From an uncultured virus (IMG/VR IMGVR_UViG_3300044633_000831) (Duplodnaviria > Heunggongvirae > Uroviricota > Caudoviricetes), in the IMG/VR virus record IMGVR_UViG_3300044633_000831: 64,000 nucleotides of DNA; one strand, given 5' to 3'. Positions within the stretch are counted from its first letter, which is position 1, and the number at the start of each line of letters is the position of its first letter. Made by a program: the position numbers and the translations under genes. Under the pieces are notes generated by a model, which searched no databases, was not told where the DNA came from, and was given only the letters and a program-made list of their open reading frames with translations. Shown here one piece after another: positions 9,636 to 20,010 of the stretch.

Positions 9636-10262
9636 ATGTTACATCTCCGAGAAAACCTTAGCTTCAACGAAGCACAAATGATCGTTGAATCCGACGACAA
9701 GGAAGGAAAAAGTTTGTATATGAGCGGTATTTGTATACAAGGCGGTATCCGTAACGCAAATCAACGTGTGTATCCTGTGAGCGAGATTAGCAAGGCTGTT
9801 AAAACCCTCAACGATCAAATTCAAAACGGTTATTCTGTGCTCGGAGAAGTAGATCATCCAGATGATCTAAAAATAAACTTAGACCGAGTTTCACATATGA
9901 TAACTAACATGTGGATGGAAGGTCCAAATGGTTACGGTAAACTTAAAATTTTACCAACACCAATGGGACAATTAATCAAAACAATGTTAGAAAGCGGAGT
10001 GAAACTTGGCGTCAGTTCACGCGGATCTGGTAACGTTAGTGATAGCGGATCCGGTGAAGTTTCAGATTTTGAGATTATCACAGTTGATATGGTAGCTCAA
10101 CCTAGCGCACCAGGAGCTTACCCTACGCCAATTTATGAACACCTAATGAATACAAAAGGTGGACTTAAATCTTTTCGCATAGCGGAAGAAGTTAGAGGAG
10201 ATCCTCAAGCGCAAAAATACCTCAAAGAGAGCTTATTGAATATAATAAGCAAACTCCAATAG
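9636..10262 (+). CDS. gp21: Prohead maturation protease (T4 gp21-like)
   Basis: N.N.RVYP, LGEVDHP, VSH, LGVSSRG.G, D.VAQPSAPGA motifs. Confidence 0.95.
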   Translation: MLHLRENLSFNEAQMIVESDDKEGKSLYMSGICIQGGIRNANQRVYPVSEISKAVKTLNDQIQNGYSVLGEVDHPDDLKINLDRVSHMITNMWMEGPNGYGKLKILPTPMGQLIKTMLESGVKLGVSSRGSGNVSDSGSGEVSDFEIITVDMVAQPSAPGAYPTPIYEHLMNTKGGLKSFRIAEEVRGDPQAQKYLKESLLNIISKLQ

Positions 10263-10278
10263 TACAGGAGAATCACAT

Positions 10279-11373
10279 ATGTTGGATGCACTAAAAACTT
10301 TATTTGAAAACAATGTGGTTTCGGCAGAGATCAAAGAGTCTATTGAGCAAGCATGGGAATCACGCATTGTAGAAAACCGTAATCAGGTTGCTCAACAACT
10401 ACGCGAAGAATTTGCTCAAAAATATGAGCATGATAAAAACACTATGGTTGAAGCAGTAGATCGTATGATCTCTGAACAACTATCAAGTGAACTTAGCGAA
10501 TTTGTAGATGATCGTAAACAACTAGCAGAAATGAAAGTTAAATTTGCTAGAAAAATGACCGAAAGCGCAAAGACTGTTAACACATTTGTTACCCGTCAAT
10601 TAGCACAAGAAGTTAAAGAATTACACGAAGATCAAATGTCAATGGCAAATAAATTTGGCACATTAGAACACTTCGTAGTAGAAGCTCTTGCACAAGAAAT
10701 TGCAGAGTTCTATAAAGATAAAAAAGACGTAGCCGAATCAAAAGTTCGTCTGATTCGTGAAGGTCGTCAAGAAATCAAACGAGTAAAACAAGAATTTGTA
10801 AAACGCGCAGCAGTAATGGTTGAAAGTGTTGTAGGTCAAACCTTAAACGCTGAAATTACTTCATTAAAAGAAGATATTGAATCAGCTCGTCGTACAGATT
10901 TTGGTCGTAAATTATTCGAAGCGTTTGCTGCTGAATATCAATCGAGCTACTTGAATGAAAAATCCGAAACTGCAAAATTGCTCAAAGTCATAGACATGAA
11001 AAATTTAGCCATCAATGAAGCTGCACATGCAGTTGTCAAAGCTGACCGAATATTAGAAAGCAAACAAGCAGAAATCGTTGCGTTGAAAGAGTCGCAAGAA
11101 AGAAAAGCAGTTATGAGCGAATTGTTGGCTCCTCTAAACGCTGAACAACGCTCTATTATGGGCGAATTGATGACGAGTGTAAAAACTTCAAAACTTAACG
11201 AAAGTTTTGAAAAATATTTACCAGCAGTAATTTCTGGTAAACAAGCACCACAAAAAAGACAAGCTCTTGTAGAAGCTAAAGAAATAACCGGAAACAAGAT
11301 TGTTTCCACAACCACCCGTAGCAGCGAAGATGAATCAAACATTATTGATATCCGCCGCCTCGCTGGTCTATAA
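10279..11373 (+). CDS. gp22: Major prohead scaffold/core protein (T4 gp22-like)
   Basis: Coiled-coil E/K-rich protein between protease and capsid genes. Confidence 0.8.
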   Translation: MLDALKTLFENNVVSAEIKESIEQAWESRIVENRNQVAQQLREEFAQKYEHDKNTMVEAVDRMISEQLSSELSEFVDDRKQLAEMKVKFARKMTESAKTVNTFVTRQLAQEVKELHEDQMSMANKFGTLEHFVVEALAQEIAEFYKDKKDVAESKVRLIREGRQEIKRVKQEFVKRAAVMVESVVGQTLNAEITSLKEDIESARRTDFGRKLFEAFAAEYQSSYLNEKSETAKLLKVIDMKNLAINEAAHAVVKADRILESKQAEIVALKESQERKAVMSELLAPLNAEQRSIMGELMTSVKTSKLNESFEKYLPAVISGKQAPQKRQALVEAKEITGNKIVSTTTRSSEDESNIIDIRRLAGL

Positions 11374-11391
11374 AAATTTAGGAGAATTTAA

Positions 11392-12561
11392 ATGTCAGAA
11401 CTACTTAATGGCCGTTGGGCAGAAACAAAACAAGCACTTTTAGAAGGCTTGTCAGGTACAAAAAAATCAGTAATGGGCGTAACACTTGAAAATACACGTA
11501 AGTATTTGATAGAATCTCCTACTGCTGGTGCTACTTCTGCTGGAAACGTTGCAACTTTAAACCGTGTAATTTTACCAGTAATTAGACGTGTAATGCCAAC
11601 CGTTATTGCTAACGAATTGGTAGGTGTACAACCAATGACTGGCCCAGTTGGCCAAATCCACACATTGCGTGTTCGTTATGCAGACAGTTCAAATAGTACT
11701 GTAGCAGGCGAAGAAGCATTGAGTCCATTCAAAATTGCAGAAGCTTATTCAGGTAATGATTCAACTTCTAATGCTAAAGCAGCTTCAACTGCAACTTTAG
11801 AAGGACAACCAGGCAAAAAAATGAGTATTCAAATCTTGAAACAAACAGTTGAAGCTAAAACACGTAAGTTGTCAGCTCGCTGGACATTTGAATCTGCTCA
11901 AGATGCTCAATCACAACAAGGTATTGATGTAGAAGCAGAAATTATGGCTGCGTTGGCTCAAGAAATTACTGCTGAGATTGATCAAGAAATTATCACTTCA
12001 TTATTAACTTTAGCTGGTTCAGACGTTGAAACTTATAACCAAGCTGCAGTTTCTGGTACAGCAACTTTTGTTGGTGACGAACACGCTGCATTAGCTGTTC
12101 AAATCAACCGTGTAAGCAACTTGATTGCACAACGTACACGTCGTGGTGCTGGTAACTATGCTGTTGTATCACCATTTGCATTAACAATTTTACAATCAGC
12201 TACTACTTCAGCTTTTGCTCGTACAACTGAAGGTACTTTTGAAGCTCCAACTAACACAAAATTTGTTGGTACATTAAACAACTCATTGAAAGTGTATGTA
12301 AACAGCTATGCACAAGACAGCACTTCAATCTTAATTGGTTACAAAGGTGGTTCAGAATCAGACGCTCCTGCGTTTTATTGCCCTTACATTCCTTTGATGT
12401 CATCAGGTGTTGTTTTAGATCCATCAACATTTGAACCAGTTGTATCGTTCATGACACGTTATGGTTATGTTGAATTGTCTAACACTGCATCATCTTTAGG
12501 TAACGCTGCTGACTATTTAGGTCGTGTTGGTATTACTAACGGTAACGTTAAATTTAGCTAA
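11392..12561 (+). CDS. gp23: Major capsid protein (T4 gp23-like)
   Basis: RRVMP.VIANELVGVQPMTGP, KQTVEAKTRKLSARWT.E.AQD, FYCPYIPL, F.P...MTRYG motifs; strongly biased codons. Confidence 0.97.
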   Translation: MSELLNGRWAETKQALLEGLSGTKKSVMGVTLENTRKYLIESPTAGATSAGNVATLNRVILPVIRRVMPTVIANELVGVQPMTGPVGQIHTLRVRYADSSNSTVAGEEALSPFKIAEAYSGNDSTSNAKAASTATLEGQPGKKMSIQILKQTVEAKTRKLSARWTFESAQDAQSQQGIDVEAEIMAALAQEITAEIDQEIITSLLTLAGSDVETYNQAAVSGTATFVGDEHAALAVQINRVSNLIAQRTRRGAGNYAVVSPFALTILQSATTSAFARTTEGTFEAPTNTKFVGTLNNSLKVYVNSYAQDSTSILIGYKGGSESDAPAFYCPYIPLMSSGVVLDPSTFEPVVSFMTRYGYVELSNTASSLGNAADYLGRVGITNGNVKFS

Positions 12562-12585
12562 GGTTTACTTAACTTTATTTTACAC

Positions 12586-12612
12586 AAAAGGGCTCTTAGG
12601 AGCCCTTTTTTT
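12586..12612 (+). terminator. Rho-independent terminator after the major capsid gene
   Basis: AAAAGGGCTC-TTAG-GAGCCCTTTT followed by further Ts. Confidence 0.92.
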
Positions 12613-12626
12613 ATGGTAAATACATT

Positions 12627-13199
12627 ATGACTACACAATATTATCATCCTAAAATAACTATCGAATATAGAGAACACACTGATTTAATTCAACCTTTAGT
12701 TGAGTGGAATATCAACGGCACATTAACACCAGACAATCCTATTACTAGTAGACAACCACTTCATACAGTTAGTGGACTATGGATGGAAAAATTCCTTAGT
12801 CATACTACTGAATTATGGTTTTCTAAATTTGATATTCCTGATGCAGGATTGAATGTAATTGGTATAGAATTGTATTTAGATGTACATCGACTTTCAAGAA
12901 TTGAAGATTTACGCATACAACTTAGACTCAACGGTGAATATATTGGTGATAATATGGCTAGTCCTGTTGATCCAGTACAGAGTAATATGTATACAGGTGA
13001 AAACAGCCCATTAATTCCTATCATTGGCAATACAAATGTATACGGAAGTGCTGATAACCAATGGGGAACTACCTTAACAAGTGCAGATGTTGCTAATGAG
13101 TCATTTGGTGTTGCAATTAGTTTTAGAAGCAATCAAGTTTATCCGCATCGTGATTTAGTTATTGTAAATCAGATAGGCGTAGGTATCACCTACGGATAA
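12627..13199 (+). CDS. Hypothetical virion protein (beta-rich)
   Basis: 190-aa ORF after the capsid gene; GTAAATA at 12616-12622. Confidence 0.7.
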   Translation: MTTQYYHPKITIEYREHTDLIQPLVEWNINGTLTPDNPITSRQPLHTVSGLWMEKFLSHTTELWFSKFDIPDAGLNVIGIELYLDVHRLSRIEDLRIQLRLNGEYIGDNMASPVDPVQSNMYTGENSPLIPIIGNTNVYGSADNQWGTTLTSADVANESFGVAISFRSNQVYPHRDLVIVNQIGVGITYG

Positions 13200-13202
13200 A
13201 TA

Positions 13203-13276
13203 CTTTGTCAAATAAGTGCCGTAATTGCGGACTTATGCAGTGACCCACTGCGTATGACATAAAACGTCAAAAGGAG
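13203..13276 (+). promoter_or_regulatory. Candidate structured 5' leader RNA (three-way junction) after late promoter GGATAAATACTTT
   Basis: TGTCA/TGACA, ATAAGT/ACTTAT, CCGT/GCGG and GCAGTG/CACTGC pairings. Confidence 0.55.
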
Positions 13277-13283
13277 AAATCAA

Positions 13284-14234
13284 ATGGGACGTCCATTAAA
13301 TAAAAAATATTTTGGTAACCGCAACGTCGGTTCAATATCAACAATTGCTGACGATGGTATCGTTGGTAAAGGTGTAGCTAGCATTCCAGTAACAGCTGCT
13401 AGTTCATATACAGTTCGCCCAACTGTAACATTAACAGGCGCACCAGACTTATTAAACAGTGTAGCTGCTACTGCAACTATCACATCACAAGTTAACACTG
13501 TTAGTTCTTTTGTAGGCGGCACAAATTACAGTCAAGGTGATACATTTACTATTGGTAACGGTACTATTTTTACAGTTGCAACTGTTAATGGTTCTGGTGT
13601 AATTCAAACACTTAACGTTACTAACGGCGGTACATTCCTTTATGCAGATGGTGCATTAGCTACTGGTGCTCGCACAACTTCTATTATTAGTGCAACTAAC
13701 CCATTAGCTACTGGTGCAACTGTTACATTAACATATAAAGCTAAAGAAGTTTTAATTACTGACGCTGGTTCAGGTTATTCAACAACTGTACCAACTGCAA
13801 CTGCAACACAATCTGTAACATTAGGTACTGTTGTTATGACAAGCCCGGTTGGAAATACTGCAGTTACAGGTACTGCTGCTAACCCAGATCCAGGTATCAT
13901 TGCATATGCATTTACTGGTTCAAGCTCTAAACAAGCTGATATCGTTAAACAAGTTGCAAAAGATCGTTACAAAGTTAATACATCTGACACAAGTGGAACT
14001 CCTGTTGTTGCTCAATTAAAATCTTCTGCAGCTACTGCGTTAGGCGAAATGACTATTAATGCAACCGATAGTGCAAACGGCACATATTGGGTTGTTAAAT
14101 TAACTAGCCATAAAGCAACAATCTATCCTAACACCGGTACACAATTTCCATTAGTTAACAGTCAACCACAAGTAGTACAGTGGACTTTTAGTACACCTAC
14201 TGTAGGTGTATCTGTAAAAATCGATAACGCTTAA
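13284..14234 (+). CDS. Abundant virion structural protein (T/S/G-rich; possible head decoration or fibre)
   Basis: 316 aa with its own promoter, strong AAGGAG RBS and own terminator; capsid-like codon bias. Confidence 0.7.
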   Translation: MGRPLNKKYFGNRNVGSISTIADDGIVGKGVASIPVTAASSYTVRPTVTLTGAPDLLNSVAATATITSQVNTVSSFVGGTNYSQGDTFTIGNGTIFTVATVNGSGVIQTLNVTNGGTFLYADGALATGARTTSIISATNPLATGATVTLTYKAKEVLITDAGSGYSTTVPTATATQSVTLGTVVMTSPVGNTAVTGTAANPDPGIIAYAFTGSSSKQADIVKQVAKDRYKVNTSDTSGTPVVAQLKSSAATALGEMTINATDSANGTYWVVKLTSHKATIYPNTGTQFPLVNSQPQVVQWTFSTPTVGVSVKIDNA

Positions 14235-14246
14235 TAAAGATTATAT

Positions 14247-14269
14247 AGAGGGTCGTGAGGCCCTCTTTT
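14247..14269 (+). terminator. Rho-independent terminator
   Basis: AGAGGGTC-GTGA-GGCCCTCT-TTT. Confidence 0.75.
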
Positions 14270-14280
14270 AAGGAATATGA

Positions 14281-15360
14281 ATGTCAAAAATATTAAAAGT
14301 TAGTGAAGGTGATTACAGAATAAAAGTCCCTACTGGTAATTCTATCACATTAGACACTGGTACTACTGGTTCTGTAATTATTACTGGTGATCTTGATATT
14401 AAAGGGCAAACGACAACGATTGAATCGACAAATGCTACGATTAAAGATAACATTATAGTATTAAACAATGGTGAACCACGTACTAATGGTAATGGTATTA
14501 CCTTAGGGTCTGCCGGAATTTCTATTGATCGAGGCCGCGACGGCACTATTGTGTTAACTGCTAAAATGCTGTACGAAGAAGCAGTAACTCACTACAATCC
14601 AATATTAAATGCAACTGAAAACGGAACCTATGTGTTATCAACATCTAGAGATTCTACCAATACACTTGCAAGTTTAAAAGTATCATCAGTTGAGCTTAGT
14701 GCAATTTCAAATAATGGTACAAACACAAATGGTATTGCATTTAATTTACGAAGTACAAATACTACACTAACTGTAATCAATTCAACTTATAACACGGTAT
14801 CTTACGAAAATCGATTAATTGATTCTAGTCTTACTACTAAATTATATGTTAACAGCTACGTAGTTTCTGGAAACTTAAAACCCGCTCCAACGTTTACCCC
14901 GTTTTTAGGTAGTATGGCCGACGTTGACACAATTTATAAAAAAACAGCAGATGTTCCGGGTACTCCTGGTTCTATAACAGCAATGGTTGAAACAACTACT
15001 GCTTCAGAAATAATATTTAAAATTAATACAACGCAACGTGCAATTATTACATCGTCTGGGTTAAGTGTTGATACATTAAATTTATTTGGTACAACTATTA
15101 AAAATACCGGAACTGATCCTTTAATTTTAACATCTGATGCTAACTTAGTCGAAGTAAATGCAGTATTAACATTAGATGATCAAGCATCAAGTCAAACAAC
15201 TGCAATAACAGGTAAAACAAAATTATATTCAAAAGATCTTGAAGGGCCTGGCCGAACAGGTATATATTTTACAAATAATAATACTTATGGTGCAACTGCA
15301 TATAACAATGACGAACTAGTAAGCAGAAATCGAGCAGTACTATTAAGTATGCTTTTTTAA
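14281..15360 (+). CDS. Virion structural / fibre-associated protein
   Basis: TGDL.I.G.TTT..S....I.DNIIVLN.GE and AGI.IDRG motifs typical of T4-like fibre proteins. Confidence 0.7.
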   Translation: MSKILKVSEGDYRIKVPTGNSITLDTGTTGSVIITGDLDIKGQTTTIESTNATIKDNIIVLNNGEPRTNGNGITLGSAGISIDRGRDGTIVLTAKMLYEEAVTHYNPILNATENGTYVLSTSRDSTNTLASLKVSSVELSAISNNGTNTNGIAFNLRSTNTTLTVINSTYNTVSYENRLIDSSLTTKLYVNSYVVSGNLKPAPTFTPFLGSMADVDTIYKKTADVPGTPGSITAMVETTTASEIIFKINTTQRAIITSSGLSVDTLNLFGTTIKNTGTDPLILTSDANLVEVNAVLTLDDQASSQTTAITGKTKLYSKDLEGPGRTGIYFTNNNTYGATAYNNDELVSRNRAVLLSMLF

Positions 15361-15369
15361 GGATAAGAT

Positions 15370-15702
15370 ATGGCAATTTATAACACAGAAGTAACATCAT
15401 CAAACACTACACTAGCGTCAGGATCAGGAGATCGAGCAATTACTACTCTTATTTTCTGCAATACCTCAACCTATGTACCTGCAACACCTACTTTAAATCA
15501 ATCATTATTGTATGTCTACGCAGTACCATCGGGCGGCACAGCAGGTGCTAGTAACATTATTGTTAACGGTCTTCCAGTACCTGCAGGTGAAACTGTTAGT
15601 TTTGATCAAGAAAAAATGGTATTAGGTACTGGAGATTCGTTAGTAGCAAAAACCGATTCACTAAGCAATATCACAGCTACAGTAAGCATATTGGCGGTAT
15701 AA
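15370..15702 (+). CDS. Small beta-sandwich virion protein (paralog of 24285 and 37892)
   Basis: Shared ...I..CN.....V.....I..GE.....K.VL..GD pattern. Confidence 0.7.
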   Translation: MAIYNTEVTSSNTTLASGSGDRAITTLIFCNTSTYVPATPTLNQSLLYVYAVPSGGTAGASNIIVNGLPVPAGETVSFDQEKMVLGTGDSLVAKTDSLSNITATVSILAV

Positions 15703-15703
15703 C

Positions 15704-16732
15704 ATGAGATATTTACGTCAGCAAGTTTTAAATCGTAGAGCCCCATGGGATCAAAGATTATATGTAGACATGACTAATAGTGTTGTTATGACTACTACAA
15801 ACAACGTAACATTACCATCTGGTACTACTGCAGAACGACCCGTAGCACCTATAAACGGTATGATGCGATACAATACTGACATAGTAACAGGTGGTGAATT
15901 AGAAGTTTATCAATCTGGTACTTGGCGTAGTTTGAGATTTAAAGAACCTACACTAATTACACAGCAAAGTTTAGGTGCAGGAGACAGTCTTAATTTATAT
16001 TTTGGACCATTATCGCCTGCTCCGGTAACTACTGTACAAAGTGGAATTACTTGGGATGTAACTCAAATGGCTAAACATATTTTAGTTGTTGTTGAAAATG
16101 TTCTTCAGCTATCAAATACTAATTATACAATTGTACAAAATCCAACTATTGGCGCTGGAACTTATACGCCAAAATTAAGTTTTGCTGCACCATTAGGTTC
16201 AACAACTTTGTATTTTAATAGTCATGTATTAGGCGGAAACGCAACTTGGTCAACAAGTGTTGCAACTCTTGAATTTACAGCGTTAACACAAACACCATTT
16301 GCAGTTGGGTCTTCTATTGTAGTAACTGGATATATGCCAACTGCATATAACGGAACATTTACCGTTACTTCGTCAACTACTAGTTCAGTTAGTTATGCAT
16401 TAGCAGTGTCAAATCCAGGAACATCAACAGTATCTGGACAAATTAAAAGTGCAGATGCAATTTACACCTCATTAGATATTACAGGTGCAACGATCAACGG
16501 ACACGCTAATATACCTAATGGTACAACTATTGTTTCATCAGTATCTGATGCAAATACAGACGCGTTAATTAGTGCAGTGATTAGTAATGCAACCACTACT
16601 AGTACTATTGCAGTGAACACACAACTTACAATTTCTGAAAGTATACAGTCACCAATTGGATATTATTTAAAGTTTAATTCACCTGTGCCATTAGGAAAAG
16701 TAGTTACAGTCTTACACGGCTTTGACAAGTAA
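15704..16732 (+). CDS. Virion structural / fibre protein
   Basis: LPSGTTAERP...GMMRYNT motif shared with other fibres in the window. Confidence 0.7.
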   Translation: MRYLRQQVLNRRAPWDQRLYVDMTNSVVMTTTNNVTLPSGTTAERPVAPINGMMRYNTDIVTGGELEVYQSGTWRSLRFKEPTLITQQSLGAGDSLNLYFGPLSPAPVTTVQSGITWDVTQMAKHILVVVENVLQLSNTNYTIVQNPTIGAGTYTPKLSFAAPLGSTTLYFNSHVLGGNATWSTSVATLEFTALTQTPFAVGSSIVVTGYMPTAYNGTFTVTSSTTSSVSYALAVSNPGTSTVSGQIKSADAIYTSLDITGATINGHANIPNGTTIVSSVSDANTDALISAVISNATTTSTIAVNTQLTISESIQSPIGYYLKFNSPVPLGKVVTVLHGFDK

Positions 16733-16745
16733 TTAAGGAATTGTT

Positions 16746-19700
16746 ATGGGTATTGAAATGGGTAGAGTAAGCGGACCGCTTCTTTCGGAAAACTTATTAA
16801 GAAACGGTGAAGATTTAGCGTTTGAAACAAACTTACTGTATCTAGATGTTAATAACAACAAAATTGGCATTAAAAACGATGCACCAACACGACAATTGTC
16901 GGTTGCAGATGCACGAACATCTTACTTAGTTGTTGATACACAAGCTGATATTGCTAACTTTTCAATACTTACAAATAAGATTCAAAATCCTCTCGGAACG
17001 ATTTACTTACGTCCAAATCAAACTACTGATCCTACAATTAAAGCACCTGAACTTCAGACTGCTAACCTTAGTTTTACTAATCAAAAAATAGAAAATCTTA
17101 CAGTTGATAGTAACATTGAACTTAATCCTAACGGTACCGGAATAGTAAAATTTACAACTTCAACTGTAAATATTGACGGTACACTTCACGCAACTGGTGA
17201 TGTTACGTGGGACGGTACTATTACATTTGGTAATAACAATCTTGATAGCGTAACATTTAATACTGATATTACAAGTAGTATAATACCAGATAATAGTACA
17301 TACGGGTTAGGATCGTTAAGTAAATATTGGCAAACTTTGTACACACGCAACGTTACTGCAACTAATATAACATCATCGTCTGATATTACAATTAATAGTA
17401 TTAATCTAGCGTTATCTTCTGGTAAGACAATTTACGTATCAACTACAGGTAATGACACATTATCTGGTATGCACGCCCATGCTCCTTTTAAAACGATAAA
17501 AGCAGCACTAGCAATCGCAACAGTAGGTGACGAAGTTGTTATCTTTCCTGGAACATATACCGAAATATTCCCATTAACAATTCCTCTAGGAGTTAGTGTC
17601 CGTGGGATGAGTATTCGTGCAGTTGTTATTAAACCAACGATTGCTACAAACAACAAAGATGCATTTTTATTAAATGGTGATACTACTGTTTCTTTCTTAA
17701 CAATTCAAGACTACTTCTTTGATATTGTTAATAATACCGGATACGCATTTAGATTTGCTAACAATTTTAAATCATTAGTTAAAAGTCCATATATCCAAAA
17801 TGTTACAATAATTTCTAAAGGTTCAGTAACTCCAACGAACGATCCGTTAGGATTTAATCAAGGGGATGCTGGTGCCGGCATATTAGTTGACAGTACTGAT
17901 GCAGATTTATCCGGTAACATTGTTCCTTCATTACTATGTTACGCAGTTACGTTAATTACACCAAATCAAGATTCTATAGTTGCAAAAAATAATGTTAGGG
18001 TTGAATGGTTAAACTCGTTTACCTATTATGCTAAACGAGGTAGTTACTTAACTAATGGTGCAGAGTTTAGAAGTATTAACAGCGCAAATATATACGGTAC
18101 ATACGGTGTAGTTGCAGACGGAACAAATACAAGAGGTTATCTAACTGGACATAATTTTAGCTATGTTGGATCTGGTAACATCTCAAGCAACGATAAATCA
18201 AATGTATTTCAAGAAAATGAAATTGTTGCAACCAACGATGCAAGAATCTTTTACGATAGTATGGATCATAAAGGCGATTTTCGTGTAGGTGATATATTTT
18301 ATGTTAACCAAGAAACTGGCCAAGTTGTGTTTAACGCACAACATATTGACTTTGGAGCAACCGGCGGACTAGTTTTTGAAACAGAGTATGGTGTTACAAA
18401 CATCAATATGACTGCAATTCAAACTGGAAACATTCGCATACACGATAATGACATTGATTCATTAGTTGGACCTGTTAATTTTTTAGCTGCATCAACTTCT
18501 ACTTATCTTAATACTAATGTATATGTTACTGGGTTATTAGATGTAACTGGGGAAACAAATGTTAAAGGAAATGTATTCTTAGGTAATGAAGTATTAGATA
18601 CTTTAACTATATTTCCAAGACTGACTCAAACTTTTAAACCAAAAACTACCAGTACTTATACATTAGGCACAAGCGATGTTTCGTGGAAAACTGCATTCCT
18701 AACAGGTCTTAATGTTGATAATGTTACCCAAATAACAAATAATACAATATCAACAATATCAACTGATACTGATTTAAGATTAGTAGCTGCAGGTACAGGA
18801 AAAATTCAGATTTCATCAACTGATGTTGCAGTATCTAACAACTTAACTGCAGTAGGAACTACTACTATCGATGGCGATACATCGTTAAGAAATGTTAACA
18901 TTTCTGGATTAGTCGAATTAACTGGAGACATAAATCAAACAGGAAATATTAGGTTAACTGGTACCTTACACAATACAGACAATTTAATAATAACCGGATC
19001 TACCTCGTATTTACGATCTAATGGTGTTAAAATACTTAACAACCAAATTTACACTAACACATCTGGAGATACGTTATCATTATCTGCTAACGGAACAGGC
19101 GGCGTAGTATTTGATGATAAGATAAAATTTACTAACACAACTATTAGTAATAGATGGTCGATTGCAACTACTAATCTACAAAAGAGCATTGTACTTACTC
19201 CGTCGGGTACTGGTCTTACTGTAATAAATTCTACAGAATATCTAAAATTACCTTACAGTAACGAAACTACTAATTACTTGTCAGCTGTTGGACAAATTAG
19301 ACATAATAGTACAACTAATCTATACGAAGGATATAATATTCCTGATGGTTTAGAAAGTTTTACTAATTTGTATGATACTGATCGTAACACATATATTACT
19401 CCTGAATTAACCCCGGGCGCAAATGACAATACACTTAGATTTGGAATTAATAATACAGTAGTTGCTGAAATTAATTCATCTCGTTTATTTTCTAATTTAT
19501 TAGAAATAGACGATATTCATATTTTAAATAACACTATTACAACTGCATTACCAAATACAGATTTCTTTTTAACACCAAACGGTTCATCAACATCAATTAA
19601 TGTTAATAATTTAGTATTTAAACCTAATAACATAATGCTTAACACCAATCAAGTGTTAACAATGCAAGGAACATCAGCAGGATATTTTAAATTTGGTGGA

Positions 19701-19904
19701 ACATTTGGGTTAGTAATTCCAATAGGTGACAACAGTCAGCGACGGGTAGATCCAGAAATTGGCGAAACACGATTTAATACAGAAATACAGATATGGGAAG
19801 TATTTAACGGAACAATTTGGGACTCAGCTATTGGTTCTGCATCATTTGCAACATCAGACGAGGTAGACGATATTATGAACACATGGGCCATTATACTCGG
19901 TTAA
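16746..19904 (+). CDS. Large fibre/spike protein with a beta-helix (pectin-lyase-like, DUF1565-type) domain; paralog of 20016
   Basis: GRVSGPLL.NL.R.G.DLAFET N-terminus, YVS..G.D...G....PF.TIK.AL, SPYIQNV, repeated NGTG spacers. Confidence 0.75.
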   Translation: MGIEMGRVSGPLLSENLLRNGEDLAFETNLLYLDVNNNKIGIKNDAPTRQLSVADARTSYLVVDTQADIANFSILTNKIQNPLGTIYLRPNQTTDPTIKAPELQTANLSFTNQKIENLTVDSNIELNPNGTGIVKFTTSTVNIDGTLHATGDVTWDGTITFGNNNLDSVTFNTDITSSIIPDNSTYGLGSLSKYWQTLYTRNVTATNITSSSDITINSINLALSSGKTIYVSTTGNDTLSGMHAHAPFKTIKAALAIATVGDEVVIFPGTYTEIFPLTIPLGVSVRGMSIRAVVIKPTIATNNKDAFLLNGDTTVSFLTIQDYFFDIVNNTGYAFRFANNFKSLVKSPYIQNVTIISKGSVTPTNDPLGFNQGDAGAGILVDSTDADLSGNIVPSLLCYAVTLITPNQDSIVAKNNVRVEWLNSFTYYAKRGSYLTNGAEFRSINSANIYGTYGVVADGTNTRGYLTGHNFSYVGSGNISSNDKSNVFQENEIVATNDARIFYDSMDHKGDFRVGDIFYVNQETGQVVFNAQHIDFGATGGLVFETEYGVTNINMTAIQTGNIRIHDNDIDSLVGPVNFLAASTSTYLNTNVYVTGLLDVTGETNVKGNVFLGNEVLDTLTIFPRLTQTFKPKTTSTYTLGTSDVSWKTAFLTGLNVDNVTQITNNTISTISTDTDLRLVAAGTGKIQISSTDVAVSNNLTAVGTTTIDGDTSLRNVNISGLVELTGDINQTGNIRLTGTLHNTDNLIITGSTSYLRSNGVKILNNQIYTNTSGDTLSLSANGTGGVVFDDKIKFTNTTISNRWSIATTNLQKSIVLTPSGTGLTVINSTEYLKLPYSNETTNYLSAVGQIRHNSTTNLYEGYNIPDGLESFTNLYDTDRNTYITPELTPGANDNTLRFGINNTVVAEINSSRLFSNLLEIDDIHILNNTITTALPNTDFFLTPNGSSTSINVNNLVFKPNNIMLNTNQVLTMQGTSAGYFKFGGTFGLVIPIGDNSQRRVDPEIGETRFNTEIQIWEVFNGTIWDSAIGSASFATSDEVDDIMNTWAIILG

Positions 19905-19913
19905 GGATAAATA

Positions 19914-20010
19914 CTTTTACTGCTGGGATAAGACCAAAAATCCCACGAGACGAAACTGTGGTAAACCCGCAATGTAAGGTGGTTAGCCGTGAAACGCGGT
20001 GGTTAAGGAG
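19914..20010 (+). promoter_or_regulatory. Candidate structured 5' leader / ncRNA after late promoter GGATAAATACTTT
   Basis: GC-rich intergenic region with TTAC-TGC-TGGG/CCC-GCA-GTAA, CCAC/GTGG and a GAAA-tetraloop hairpin next to the RBS. Confidence 0.55.

Noticed and set aside
8830..9700. Long antisense or alternate-frame ORFs (e.g. 8897-9700, 28948-29658, 48914-49564)
   Set aside because: Shadows of low-complexity, codon-biased real genes; no RBS or recognisable motifs
6678..12561. Introns, inteins or homing endonucleases in head genes; tRNA genes
   Set aside because: Genes are uninterrupted, with no intein or endonuclease motifs; no cloverleaf seen in intergenic regions
19940..19960. Hammerhead ribozyme (GACGAAAC)
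   Set aside because: The required CUGANGA core is absent
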